Virus record (IMG/VR): IMGVR_UViG_3300031977_001585
Span: 14,535-78,534 of that record
Source: a virus
DNA: 64,000 nucleotides
Strand: one strand, 5' to 3'
The stretch's first letter is position 1; each line of letters opens with the position of its first letter. Below the pieces are notes generated by a model that worked only from the letters and a program-made list of their open reading frames with translations, did no database searches and was not told the DNA's origin. Made by a program: the position numbers and the translations under genes. Positions 37,112-46,178 of this stretch are shown here, one piece after another.

Positions 37112-37482
37112 CGTTCACCCTCTTTATGAAACGATCCGTAGATGCAGTGTGCTAGTTCATGTCCCCAAGTAGACATTCGATTGGTGTCTCGAACACTCCT
37201 TGGTTCCACTACGTATATATCGCAACGTTTTACCTTAGTCAGATCTCCCTTTGGATGTACCCATCGAGCAAGACCATCGACCTCTTGCTTGCTAAAGTCT
37301 GCGTCCTCCAAATACTTGTTTAGAGCACGTTCTGTTGGAAACGTCTGAATTCGAATATCGATGTACTCTCCGGTAACATCGTGCGTCTTGGTGATGCTCT
37401 TCTCTGTGGTGTCGCAACTGGATAGTACCAGCAGCAGGACAACTAGAGATCCTAGTGCTTTAATATTCATACCTGACAGCAT
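37108..37482 (-). CDS. Putative lipoprotein with HExxH motif
   Basis: Lipobox LSSC; GHELAHC.YG.FH. Confidence 0.6.
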   Translation of the reverse strand: MLSGMNIKALGSLVVLLLVLSSCDTTEKSITKTHDVTGEYIDIRIQTFPTERALNKYLEDADFSKQEVDGLARWVHPKGDLTKVKRCDIYVVEPRSVRDTNRMSTWGHELAHCIYGSFHKEGER

Positions 37483-37795
37483 GTCCTTTCTCTGTTAGTA
37501 GGGTGTTGATCATGGTCTCTCCTAGATATATCTCACCTAGGATGCGACCATACTTGCCTTCCTTGAATGTTTTTAGTTTTATTTTGGTACCAACAGGTGC
37601 GACCTGATTCACGAACTCCTTTGCGGCAAGTCCTTTCTTTTTTTCCTCAAGGTCTCTCGTGCGAGATTCCCAAGCATCAATACCGAAAAGACGAATGCGC
37701 TGGTTGTGGTAAATAAGACCAAACCCAAGATCAATATCAACGTCGACGGTATCACCATCAACCCATCTACGAACTGTCGCATTGTATTCGTACAT
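37460..37795 (-). CDS. Thermonuclease (SNase) family protein
   Basis: VDGDTVDVDIDLGF, RIRLFGIDA.E, GKYGRILG. Confidence 0.9.
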   Translation of the reverse strand: MYEYNATVRRWVDGDTVDVDIDLGFGLIYHNQRIRLFGIDAWESRTRDLEEKKKGLAAKEFVNQVAPVGTKIKLKTFKEGKYGRILGEIYLGETMINTLLTEKGHAVRYEY

Positions 37796-38014
37796 TTACT
37801 CCACATCTGGAACGATCGAGTAGGCAACCTCCAAGATATCTTGGTATTCAGCAACCTGTTTTAACTCGTGTTCCAGAGCCTCCATTACGTCTGAGTGTTC
37901 ACCGATACCAGCAGGATTTTGTAAGTATACCTCTACGTTTGCTTTATGCATAGAGATCTTACCTTTCATATGTGCGATAGTCGCATCAATCATTCTATTT
38001 CTCAAAGTTTTCAT
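37796..38014 (-). CDS. Conserved hypothetical protein
   Basis: HKANVEVYLQNPAGIGEHSD motif. Confidence 0.7.
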   Translation of the reverse strand: MKTLRNRMIDATIAHMKGKISMHKANVEVYLQNPAGIGEHSDVMEALEHELKQVAEYQDILEVAYSIVPDVE

Positions 38015-38475
38015 TACCCTTCCCTTGCTTTCTCTATTGCACGAGAACCGAACCAGAACGATATGATTGCCGCAAAGATTGCTTTGGTGTCATCATCCCA
38101 TAGGATGTTTAATGCTTGCGTCAGTGACATACCGTCGTTGACTGCTTCTCGTAATAATGTAATTTCTATTGTGGTGAACAGTATGAAAAAGGCATACGTG
38201 ATCACCGGCCTTACCGACTTCTGCAATCCGGACATAAATCCTGTGCCCTGAGAAATTGCAGTGTCGTGTGCCAAGAGTGCCTTCTGCTCTTCGTGCAGAC
38301 CCATCTCTTGAAACCTTTTTATCTCATGGTCGTACCCTTTCATCTGGAGTTCTGCCATCTTCTCCATCTTCTTGAGTTCGAACTCCATCGTTCTTTTGGA
38401 CTTGTAGTGTTCTGTGATGGCTGGTACTACCGAACTACCGAATCCAAGGATCGACCCTATTAAACCACTTAACAT
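38014..38475 (-). CDS. Holin-like membrane protein (3TM type)
   Basis: SVRPVITY.F and IISFWFGSR motifs. Confidence 0.6.
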   Translation of the reverse strand: MLSGLIGSILGFGSSVVPAITEHYKSKRTMEFELKKMEKMAELQMKGYDHEIKRFQEMGLHEEQKALLAHDTAISQGTGFMSGLQKSVRPVITYAFFILFTTIEITLLREAVNDGMSLTQALNILWDDDTKAIFAAIISFWFGSRAIEKAREG

Positions 38476-38476
38476 A

Positions 38477-39157
38477 TCACTTCCTCCAATATTGACCTAC
38501 CCACTCTTGTGGTTCGTAGGTCTTTCTAGGGGTTACGACTGTTTCCGTCATAGACTGTTTAATGCTTGGTCGTCCGTGGAAACAGACAATAGATGCACTC
38601 CCAATGTTACTTGGGTACACTTCATACTTATATGATTTTATCTGTTGCGGAAATGCTCTCTGCAATAAAACTCTCTGTATGGTGGGTATTGTGCTCTCCA
38701 GATATTCACCGTCTCCTCGATAGGTTTTCATTGCTTGCTCTTTACCGATCTGCCACTCGTGCCACACCCAGACCATTGTCGAAGATTCCCAAGACATGAT
38801 AGGAGACTGCAGTTTACCCTTGAGGTATTGTTGATGATCATTGGTTGCACCCAGATCTTCCACACCCGCAAACTTACCGTCATATGACAGCAACCAATCG
38901 ATGTTGCCTGTGATCACAGTGTCCAAGTCAAAGTAGACAACCCGTCCATCCATTCGACCATCGAACAGTTGGAGTTTATTCCACCATCCTTCGAGACCAC
39001 CTCGAAGTGGGACAGTAGATACTCCCGGAATGATTCGGTCGCTATAGCATACGAACTTGTGAGGCACCGTAGTGTTGCGTTCTACAGATGCTTTCAAAAC
39101 ATGTACGTACTCTTTGGAGAATTTGTCTCCCCATAGCACACAACAAACTGTGATCAT
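38477..39157 (-). CDS. GT-A fold glycosyltransferase (GT8-like)
   Basis: CVLWGDKF...YV..L, GWWNKLQLF, YFDLDTVI, GDGEY, VCFHGRP. Confidence 0.8.
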   Translation of the reverse strand: MITVCCVLWGDKFSKEYVHVLKASVERNTTVPHKFVCYSDRIIPGVSTVPLRGGLEGWWNKLQLFDGRMDGRVVYFDLDTVITGNIDWLLSYDGKFAGVEDLGATNDHQQYLKGKLQSPIMSWESSTMVWVWHEWQIGKEQAMKTYRGDGEYLESTIPTIQRVLLQRAFPQQIKSYKYEVYPSNIGSASIVCFHGRPSIKQSMTETVVTPRKTYEPQEWVGQYWRK

Positions 39158-39795
39158 ATTATCTCGTAATTGCTGTCAAAACCGTGTTTTGCCAGACACC
39201 CTCTCTCGTTTTGGACTGTGGTGAAGTCGTCCTGTGCGTATGCACAGTACGGGTAGTGTTCTTGTAACCAACCGAATCGACTTAGATGTAGATAGACATC
39301 CGGTGTGTTTGCCTCTTTCCTCGCACGTTTTGTGAGGATCTTGGCACCCATTGGTGTAACTATATATGCGTGAGTCCCGGGAAAGTATGGTTTAGATACG
39401 AGTCCACCCCACCCAATCGTTGCTGGAGTATTGAACTTTCCGTAGGATGGTGCTCCTATGTTGCCACAGAAGTTAGGAAGCACGGTTGGTAGAGGCGCAG
39501 TGATCACTGCGTCGTGCTCGAACACTGCAATAGGTTCGTTTAGATGCATGCATGTATTCCACAAACTGTAGTGGGATAGGAAGCATGCGATTTGATTCTC
39601 TAGTCGTGAGTAGGTGTCATTGAAGTGCTCTGTGCTGATACCTGATCTCTCACATATTTTGAAAACGTCATTCTTAGGTGTGATTGCCGCAAACTTTTCG
39701 ACAGATACTCCATGAAGTTTCCCTGACTTGATACATCGATCGGCTGCCTGTTGTGACTTTGCATGCCCACCGATAGCAATTACAACTGCTCTCAT
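39154..39795 (-). CDS. GT25 (LPS biosynthesis-type) glycosyltransferase
   Basis: ACFLSHYSLW..C...EPI.VFEHDA, GTHAY.VTP.GAK.L, DVYL. Confidence 0.85.
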   Translation of the reverse strand: MRAVVIAIGGHAKSQQAADRCIKSGKLHGVSVEKFAAITPKNDVFKICERSGISTEHFNDTYSRLENQIACFLSHYSLWNTCMHLNEPIAVFEHDAVITAPLPTVLPNFCGNIGAPSYGKFNTPATIGWGGLVSKPYFPGTHAYIVTPMGAKILTKRARKEANTPDVYLHLSRFGWLQEHYPYCAYAQDDFTTVQNERGCLAKHGFDSNYEII

Positions 39796-39811
39796 ATAGT
39801 TTCCTTCAGAC

Positions 39812-39839
39812 AAAAAAAAGACGGGACATGCCCGTCTTT
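39812..39839 (-). terminator. Intrinsic terminator
   Basis: AAGACGGG-CATGT-CCCGTCTT followed by a U-tract. Confidence 0.75.
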
Positions 39840-39857
39840 CTATTTAGAGTATGCGCA

Positions 39858-40553
39858 TTATAGTGATGTTACGAATTCGTCAATCTCTTCTGCTTGTGCT
39901 GGAGATAGGAACTCTTTCCAGATTCCTACTTTTTCGACAAGACCTGAATCAGACCATTCACGTAGTGAACGGACTTCTGACTTCTCTACAGCAACGTCGA
40001 TACAACCTAGATCAATGCTCTCTTTTTTCTGACCAAAACTTTCCAACTCCGGATTGTCTTGTTGAGGTAGTACACTGAATACGAAATCCATTAGTACACG
40101 TTGAGGTTCAGCAACCAACTCTTCGTATGATATCTCTTTCTCGAATACGACATCTGAGACTGCCGATTCGAATTCTGCTACCATACTTAAACCTAGACTT
40201 GAATCACGGAAACCTTCCCATGACATTTCTGGTTCGAATGTTTGCCATACCTGAACTAGGGCATCTTTCCAATCACGACGGATTAGATAACGACGGTCAG
40301 TTGTGCACTGTAGAAGTGCCTCTTTGCTGATACCGTCTCTTGCTGGAGTATAATCTAATGAAGTAGTCACTACAGGTTTTAGGTTAACGTGATGTGCTTC
40401 TACAGCAACTTCCAAATTTGTACTACCTGGAGGAACTGCTTTTTCAGCACGAACCCACATGCCGTACATGTTCTGTAGAAAGTCTGCACCACAACCTGCA
40501 CCACCTACTAGTACTTGATCCGACAGATCACGCATAGATATTGCTTCAGACAT
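39858..40553 (-). CDS. Divergent sulfotransferase-like protein
   Basis: YLIRRDWKDALV (3'-PB-like), ISYEELVAEP, KVGIWKEFLSPAQAEEI; the 5'-PSB loop is degenerate (GGAGCGAD). Confidence 0.6.
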   Translation of the reverse strand: MSEAISMRDLSDQVLVGGAGCGADFLQNMYGMWVRAEKAVPPGSTNLEVAVEAHHVNLKPVVTTSLDYTPARDGISKEALLQCTTDRRYLIRRDWKDALVQVWQTFEPEMSWEGFRDSSLGLSMVAEFESAVSDVVFEKEISYEELVAEPQRVLMDFVFSVLPQQDNPELESFGQKKESIDLGCIDVAVEKSEVRSLREWSDSGLVEKVGIWKEFLSPAQAEEIDEFVTSL

Positions 40554-40632
40554 ATTTCTTTCCTTGTTTGAACGTTCTAAGAATACTGTGATGTGTCCAT
40601 ACTCTGGCCAGTGGTCACCATCACAGTTTAAT

Positions 40633-40640
40633 TATTTATA
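40633..40640 (-). promoter_or_regulatory. T4-type late promoter
   Basis: Exact TATAAATA immediately after a terminator. Confidence 0.75.
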
Positions 40641-40665
40641 AAAAAACCGGACCCGAAGTCCGGTT
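40641..40665 (-). terminator. Intrinsic terminator
   Basis: AACCGGAC-TTCGG-GTCCGGTT followed by a U-tract. Confidence 0.8.
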
Positions 40666-40673
40666 CTTGTGGA

Positions 40674-40880
40674 TTATTTTTGCTCTTCTTTCCAAATAGT
40701 CCATAATCCGTATAGAACACCAGCATATGCTACCAGTGAGATCAAGGATTCAAAGAGAATGTAACTACCACAGACTGCGACGATTACTGTCCCGTCCCAC
40801 GTGGTTCGTTCACCGATTCGTTCGTTGACCCATTCCTTTGCTTTTGCTACCCATACAGCTGCTTGTGTAAATCCCCACAT
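40674..40880 (-). CDS. Small membrane protein
   Basis: ERTTWDG motif and two hydrophobic segments. Confidence 0.65.
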   Translation of the reverse strand: MWGFTQAAVWVAKAKEWVNERIGERTTWDGTVIVAVCGSYILFESLISLVAYAGVLYGLWTIWKEEQK

Positions 40881-41872
40881 TATTTGTTATCCCTATAGTC
40901 GTTGAGTGTGAAGTTTGTGCCGTGCATCTTCATAAGATCACGTTCGTGGTTGGTGTAGACTAAGACTTCCGGATCATCAACTAGGAAGTCACATTCTTTG
41001 CAGAAACCAGGATAGTCTCCTGTCTTGTGCTGTTGCCTCAGTTTTTCATATTCTTCACCGAAGAAAATATCTTCGATAGTATCGTCTTGACAGTGCCCCA
41101 GAACGGCCTCTTCGTCCCGTCCCAGTACCTGACAACATGGATGTACAGCCCCATGTTTACCGTCAAGACCGCCAGCACGTATAACCACATCGGGACTAAA
41201 TGGTCTACCACAACTTTTTACCTTTCCTGTTCTTGCATTATCACCAATTTCGTATGCTCCTGACCAGTTGTGCATCTTCCAGATCTCTGTCTTGACACCC
41301 AACTCTTCGACCAGTGCTTTGTATTTGGTTAGTTCTTCATCAATCTTATCGTTGTCTGTGATAAGGTGATAGGTTGACACTACGCAATCTGCGCCTGTTT
41401 CGTTTACATAGGAAACCATTTCCTGAATGTTGCGTTTGATTTGTGCGTAGTGCCCACCTACAGCGTTGTACATCCATTTGGTGTAGTCTTGTTCGTCTGA
41501 CCCAATGAATGAAAACCGATAGAAGTCCAGACCTGCGTCGACACAGTCTCGCATGTACTGACCTTCCATTTTAAATCCGTTCGAGAAGATGAAGCACTTT
41601 GCCCCATACTTCTTCACTACCTTTATATATTCAGGTAGGTTCTTTGCCATTGTTGCCTCACCAGAACCATCAAGGTTCACGACACGGAGTCCATGCTTCG
41701 CACAGTCTGCAACGTATCCCTCGAACTCATCGAGTTTCATGATGCGACGGAACCCTTTGTGACGACCACCTTCACGCAGATCTTGTGGGCACATGCTGCA
41801 GGAATAGTTACACCCTCCAGCAACCTCGATAACCGCACGATCGATCGTGAATGTTTCTCTAGTCATTTCCAT
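40880..41872 (-). CDS. Radical SAM enzyme with SPASM/twitch domain
   Basis: CNYSCSMC, GSGE, C.RPF, G.VHPCC, C..CD. Confidence 0.92.
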   Translation of the reverse strand: MEMTRETFTIDRAVIEVAGGCNYSCSMCPQDLREGGRHKGFRRIMKLDEFEGYVADCAKHGLRVVNLDGSGEATMAKNLPEYIKVVKKYGAKCFIFSNGFKMEGQYMRDCVDAGLDFYRFSFIGSDEQDYTKWMYNAVGGHYAQIKRNIQEMVSYVNETGADCVVSTYHLITDNDKIDEELTKYKALVEELGVKTEIWKMHNWSGAYEIGDNARTGKVKSCGRPFSPDVVIRAGGLDGKHGAVHPCCQVLGRDEEAVLGHCQDDTIEDIFFGEEYEKLRQQHKTGDYPGFCKECDFLVDDPEVLVYTNHERDLMKMHGTNFTLNDYRDNK

Positions 41873-42740
41873 AGTATTTACTCAATCTTGTTTCGTAATC
41901 AACTGCTCTTTTTTTAGTTTCACCTAAGAGAGTTCCCATGTTATTTATCCACCACCAAGGACTGTGCATCTCATGAGGTTCTAACTGCGGATGCATTCTA
42001 AGTGCATTTGGTGTGTGATATTTAGTGACACCTTCACCTGACGTTACTGCCAAAGGTCTAGCAAAGTTCTTTGCGACGTAGTGCCAGATGCCATCATAGC
42101 ACAGTACCAGTCTCGATGTAGAGATCAGATACATTGCCTCGGATGCTGGTGTACGATATGATACTTCATATACCTCAAACCCCAGTCCTTTCAGATGGGC
42201 AATTGCTCGTTCCCAGTCATCGTTTGTGAATAAACGTTTCCACGTCCTTGGAGTCTCTGCGTTCCATGTAGGTCTCCAAATGGTGATCCGATTATCCACG
42301 TAATCTCGAAATGCATCTTTTCGAAAGATCCAATCGTTGTCTGGGGCACGGCCACCTTGTTCATCGGTATACACACCAGACTCGAAGTAGAATCGTGCTT
42401 TTGCTCTATGAATAGATGCAATCCTACTCGTACCATTCTTCTCCTTAACCACATCATCAAAAAACTTCCAGTCTCGATATCTGCCTTGCGCATTATAGAT
42501 GTGGTGGACTTCTACACGATCCTTGTCGTGGTAAAAGTTATGGATGTAGTCACACCTCTCGATGATTGTCTCGGGATCTTCAAAGTGGTGTAAATATTCA
42601 GGACCATGCTCCCAATGGAACTCTAGGTTGATTTTCCTGACATTATAGTCTGCGGCATATTTGTGGCACGAGTTAAGTGCCCACATAAAATCACCTACAC
42701 CCGGTGTACCTCTCCAGGTTACGAGTTCCGACGGTTTCAT
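41859..42740 (-). CDS. Putative GT-B glycosyltransferase (GT9-like)
   Basis: GVGDFMW near the N-terminus; W.R.F...DW, IS.S.LV.CYDG.WHY.A pattern. Confidence 0.5.
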   Translation of the reverse strand: MKPSELVTWRGTPGVGDFMWALNSCHKYAADYNVRKINLEFHWEHGPEYLHHFEDPETIIERCDYIHNFYHDKDRVEVHHIYNAQGRYRDWKFFDDVVKEKNGTSRIASIHRAKARFYFESGVYTDEQGGRAPDNDWIFRKDAFRDYVDNRITIWRPTWNAETPRTWKRLFTNDDWERAIAHLKGLGFEVYEVSYRTPASEAMYLISTSRLVLCYDGIWHYVAKNFARPLAVTSGEGVTKYHTPNALRMHPQLEPHEMHSPWWWINNMGTLLGETKKRAVDYETRLSKYYGND

Positions 42741-43084
42741 TAGTTAGTCTTAATACTCTTTACTTTACGTGCTGATCCAGTAGAAGTATATAGACCAAAC
42801 CATGCGGCACCTGCACCGACCACGACAGAGATAAGACCTGCCTGTGATGGGTTCGGTTCCGGTATAGTCATGAACCACTTAGTGGTCTCAATTAGTAGAT
42901 ACAGATATGTACCGATGAATGCACGAGGGAAGATGCGGTAGGCATCGATCACATCTGCGAATTGCATTAGGGTTTCGAACTTATTAGCAACGGCAGTCTT
43001 CTGAGTTGTATCTAACTCAATCTCAACTTGTAGTTTCTTCTTCTCTATTGTTGGTACTGCTGTCTCTGTTGTTTCTTCAGACAT
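42740..43084 (-). CDS. Two-TM membrane protein (holin-like)
   Basis: DAYRIFPRAF...WFM..P.P...QAGL.SV.VGAGAAWFGLY. Confidence 0.6.
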   Translation of the reverse strand: MSEETTETAVPTIEKKKLQVEIELDTTQKTAVANKFETLMQFADVIDAYRIFPRAFIGTYLYLLIETTKWFMTIPEPNPSQAGLISVVVGAGAAWFGLYTSTGSARKVKSIKTN

Positions 43085-43357
43085 TTAACTAAACCTCTTT
43101 TGTATCCATTTGAATATGGCATATATGGACAGTCCGTAGAATGCGAGCACGCTCATCGGTAAACCAATGTAAATCAACTCCCATGGGTGAAGGAATAACA
43201 ATTCCCACGAAAGATCTACGATTGCCTGTACATCACTTGTCCTAGAAACATCTGAAGTCATGTCCATGGCAAGATCGTATTCTTCTACAATCCCATTCCA
43301 TGTGTCGATGTCTAGACAGACCTGATCGTCTGGGCAGATAAAGCCCTCTTCCATCAC
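43085..43357 (-). CDS. Membrane hypothetical protein
   Basis: C-terminal TM. Confidence 0.6.
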   Translation of the reverse strand: MMEEGFICPDDQVCLDIDTWNGIVEEYDLAMDMTSDVSRTSDVQAIVDLSWELLFLHPWELIYIGLPMSVLAFYGLSIYAIFKWIQKRFS

Positions 43358-43515
43358 TTCACCTTAAAATCTTGAGGGTCACCGTTGACTAGTTCTTTTG
43401 CTTTGTCTTCCCAGATGAATGGGAATAGTCCGTGCACGAATGAGACGAATGCAATCGTCCATGCTCTGTATAGGTGCTCGAAATAGTTGAGACCCACGTC
43501 CTTTAGATGACTCAT
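43354..43515 (-). CDS. Small protein, DUF6356-like (53 aa)
   Basis: MSHLKDVGLNYFEHLYRAWTIAFVSFVHGLFPFIWEDKA; HL...G..Y.EH...A...VH..FPF motif. Confidence 0.65.
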   Translation of the reverse strand: MSHLKDVGLNYFEHLYRAWTIAFVSFVHGLFPFIWEDKAKELVNGDPQDFKVK

Positions 43516-43536
43516 ATATTGCCTTATTATTATTTT

Positions 43537-43560
43537 AAAAATGGGGGTCCGAAGACCCCC
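43537..43560 (-). terminator. Intrinsic terminator
   Basis: GGGGGTC-TTCG-GACCCCC followed by ATTTTT. Confidence 0.8.
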
Positions 43561-43582
43561 GATCGAAGTTGCGTTAGGGTTC

Positions 43583-45103
43583 CTAGAAAACCTTCACATC
43601 ATACTTCTGTTCCCACATCTCGGCGTCCAGTTCGTCATTAACCATAGGACGACCGCGAATGTTGAGACTTGTGTTAAGTAACATAGGCACTCCGGTTCGA
43701 TCGAAATACTCCTCGATCACTTTTCGGAATACCGATTGACAATCCTTCCTTACAATCTGAACACGAGCAGATCCATCAACGTGTGTTACTGGTGCATAAT
43801 CATGCTTTGCCCAAGACGTGAACTGCATGTACTCGTTCATTGGACCATCAAAATATTTGTGCGCAAACTCCTCTAGGATAGCAGGAGCAAACGGACGATA
43901 CTTCTGTCGTCTCTTAATTGTGTTGACCGTATCCTGTACGTCGTATCTCACATCGGCAATAAGAGACCGATTGCCAAGTGCTCTAGGACCGAACTCAGCC
44001 CTTCCATTAGCAATACCACAATAACGATATTCGAGCAGATGATCAACGACAGCACTGGGATCAATAGGATTGGTAATATCATATCCCGCATATGGACTCC
44101 AAATAAGTTTATCCTTACCTGTTGCTTTTGCCCATGAACGTGCGGCAGTACCTAGACCTGAACCAGCATCCGTCGGTGATACTGCAATGTGCACTTCGTC
44201 GAACAACTCAAACAGACGTGAGTTGATTACGACGTTCTGTGCGCACCCCCCAGAGTAACACAACTTGCTACCATATTTAGCAGCTTCACGCATTATACCC
44301 ATGATTGCATAGTCTGCGAAGTCTTGGACGGCACGTGCCGCAACCTTGTCTTCTACTGAGAGGATCTTTTCTTTGAATGATGATCTCCACTTCTGACGTG
44401 CTTTCTCTCGTGGAGATGTTTCGAAATCACCTACTGCGATACCTTTCTCGATTTCTGGTGCAATGTCTTCAAGGTTATCGTACCAGTTGATCAACCATTG
44501 AGTGATGCCCCAAGATTCTTCGTCGGTCTCGTGGTATGCAGATAGACCCATGACCACGTACTCATCCTCAAGTGGACGCAGTCCCATAATCTTAGTTGCG
44601 GTTGTATAGACTAGACCGACAGACTTCGGGTAGTGCCACTCTTTGATCAAATTGAAATTGTGATCCATGATGGTCGCAGTCTGCAACTCACCGACACCGT
44701 CAATCGATACTAGGACAGTATCCTCAGATGAGTCCCAAGGACGGGTGTAGAATGCGGAAGCACAGTGCGACTCGTGGTGTAAGTGATTGACATCAAAGTG
44801 TTGTGCGTTAGGAATGATGAGACGGTTGAAGGTCTCTTCTGCGGTGTCCGGACGATCCTTTAAATGATCTGTAGATCCCGTGACACCGATGCCTCCACGC
44901 ATATCAAACTTGAGGGTTTGGTCTTCGTAGAAAGAAACATGGTCGTCTTCATCAACCATGTCCCAGAGAACTTCCGGAAGGTGAGGATCGTTTTTCTTTT
45001 TGGAGTAACGTTCCCCGTGGGTTGCGAACTCGACTACACCATCTTCGTTGATGATTGCGAATCCTGCGTCATGATAATATTCACTGTATCCTACGTATTT
45101 CAT
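43583..45103 (-). CDS. O-carbamoyltransferase (NodU/CmcH/TobZ family)
   Basis: HDAG, ERYS.KKND, HHESHCASAF, DGVGE, SGGCAQN, D.G..LG.A, GRAEFGPRALGNRS, RPFAP, THVDGSARVQ, LLNTSLN. Confidence 0.95.
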   Translation of the reverse strand: MKYVGYSEYYHDAGFAIINEDGVVEFATHGERYSKKKNDPHLPEVLWDMVDEDDHVSFYEDQTLKFDMRGGIGVTGSTDHLKDRPDTAEETFNRLIIPNAQHFDVNHLHHESHCASAFYTRPWDSSEDTVLVSIDGVGELQTATIMDHNFNLIKEWHYPKSVGLVYTTATKIMGLRPLEDEYVVMGLSAYHETDEESWGITQWLINWYDNLEDIAPEIEKGIAVGDFETSPREKARQKWRSSFKEKILSVEDKVAARAVQDFADYAIMGIMREAAKYGSKLCYSGGCAQNVVINSRLFELFDEVHIAVSPTDAGSGLGTAARSWAKATGKDKLIWSPYAGYDITNPIDPSAVVDHLLEYRYCGIANGRAEFGPRALGNRSLIADVRYDVQDTVNTIKRRQKYRPFAPAILEEFAHKYFDGPMNEYMQFTSWAKHDYAPVTHVDGSARVQIVRKDCQSVFRKVIEEYFDRTGVPMLLNTSLNIRGRPMVNDELDAEMWEQKYDVKVF

Positions 45104-45130
45104 GCTTCATCCATACTGAGGTTAAACTTG

Positions 45131-45138
45131 TATTTATA
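45131..45138 (-). promoter_or_regulatory. T4-type late promoter
   Basis: Exact TATAAATA after a terminator, upstream of the carbamoyltransferase. Confidence 0.75.
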
Positions 45139-45139
45139 T

Positions 45140-45168
45140 AAAAAAAAGGGGGGTCACGAAGACCCCCC
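45140..45168 (-). terminator. Intrinsic terminator
   Basis: GGGGGGTC-TTCGT-GACCCCCC followed by a U-tract. Confidence 0.85.
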
Positions 45169-45191
45169 GACATGCTACCTTGAGCGGGAAC

Positions 45192-45764
45192 TTACTGTCC
45201 TAAGACGTAGTCGTATATATCTTTCCAGTTACGCATCAACGGGAACTCACTGTTCTGATTGTAACCGTGTGACATTACTACAGACTCAAGACCTACCTTC
45301 GCACCTGCGACGGCATTCTCTACCTTGTCTTCTACCCACAGACACCCTGTGTCTCGATAGAACTCCAACTCTTCGTCCTTGTCCGCACCTGTGTCGAGAT
45401 ACACATACTTCTCGAAGACGGTAGGACCGAACAACTCTTGGAGATTCTTGGTACGCAGATGTTGCGCATATTCGTCGTTACTCAAAGAGGTGATTGCGTG
45501 AAACACGTAACCGTGTTCTTCGTGCAACTTTCGAACGTACTTGATTGCGTCACGGAGTGGTGGGATCTTTCGAACCGTCGCACTCTCGTTGAACATACGA
45601 CAGAGTCGTCGTTTCTCGTTGCGTTCCAAACCGTACATGACACCTACGTCGTATACGTCTGGGTTCTTAATCGTATAGTTGTGGCGTTTCATCCACTGTT
45701 GAAATGCGTACATCCAGTCTAACAAGACACCATCACAATCAACGAGTATTACTTTATCCCTCAC
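45192..45764 (-). CDS. HAD-family 5'(3')-deoxyribonucleotidase-like protein (T4 30.2-like)
   Basis: ILVDCDGVLLDW, ITS, WVED, H.YN. Confidence 0.85.
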   Translation of the reverse strand: MRDKVILVDCDGVLLDWMYAFQQWMKRHNYTIKNPDVYDVGVMYGLERNEKRRLCRMFNESATVRKIPPLRDAIKYVRKLHEEHGYVFHAITSLSNDEYAQHLRTKNLQELFGPTVFEKYVYLDTGADKDEELEFYRDTGCLWVEDKVENAVAGAKVGLESVVMSHGYNQNSEFPLMRNWKDIYDYVLGQ

Positions 45765-45934
45765 GGGGCAACTCCCTCCTCTCGAACGTTTTGCATAACA
45801 ACATAGACCTCACTGGATGTCAAGCCCTCATCGTACAGGGCAACTTGCATGTTTGCCCAGTCCGGTGCATAATCGCACTGGTAGATATAGTGAGTTACGA
45901 TGTCGTCGATTTTGATTTTCATTTCTTTAGTCAT
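45761..45934 (-). CDS. Hypothetical protein
   Basis: ATG overlapping the upstream stop (MTKEMK...). Confidence 0.5.
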   Translation of the reverse strand: MTKEMKIKIDDIVTHYIYQCDYAPDWANMQVALYDEGLTSSEVYVVMQNVREEGVAP

Positions 45935-46116
45935 ACCACCTTGCCCTCTCGTATAAATTTGTCGGCGTACCACTCCAAATCGTGTTTGTTATTGCCGAAC
46001 TTTACTCCAATGGATAGATCGTCCTGGTACATCACTAGACGGTATTTAAATCGATCGGTTGGTGATTCATCGACCACCGCACGACGATTGTATTTGTAGT
46101 TTACTGCTTCGTACAT
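45931..46116 (-). CDS. Hypothetical protein, possibly leaderless early transcript
   Basis: Starts 8 nt after TATAGT. Confidence 0.55.
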   Translation of the reverse strand: MYEAVNYKYNRRAVVDESPTDRFKYRLVMYQDDLSIGVKFGNNKHDLEWYADKFIREGKVV

Positions 46117-46124
46117 ATGCGTAT

Positions 46125-46153
46125 ACTATACCCCACTAAGTGCCATATGTCAA
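46125..46153 (-). promoter_or_regulatory. Sigma70-type early promoter
   Basis: GTGTTGACA-N17-TATAGT. Confidence 0.7.
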
Positions 46154-46178
46154 CACTTATTTTTAAAAAATGTAATTA

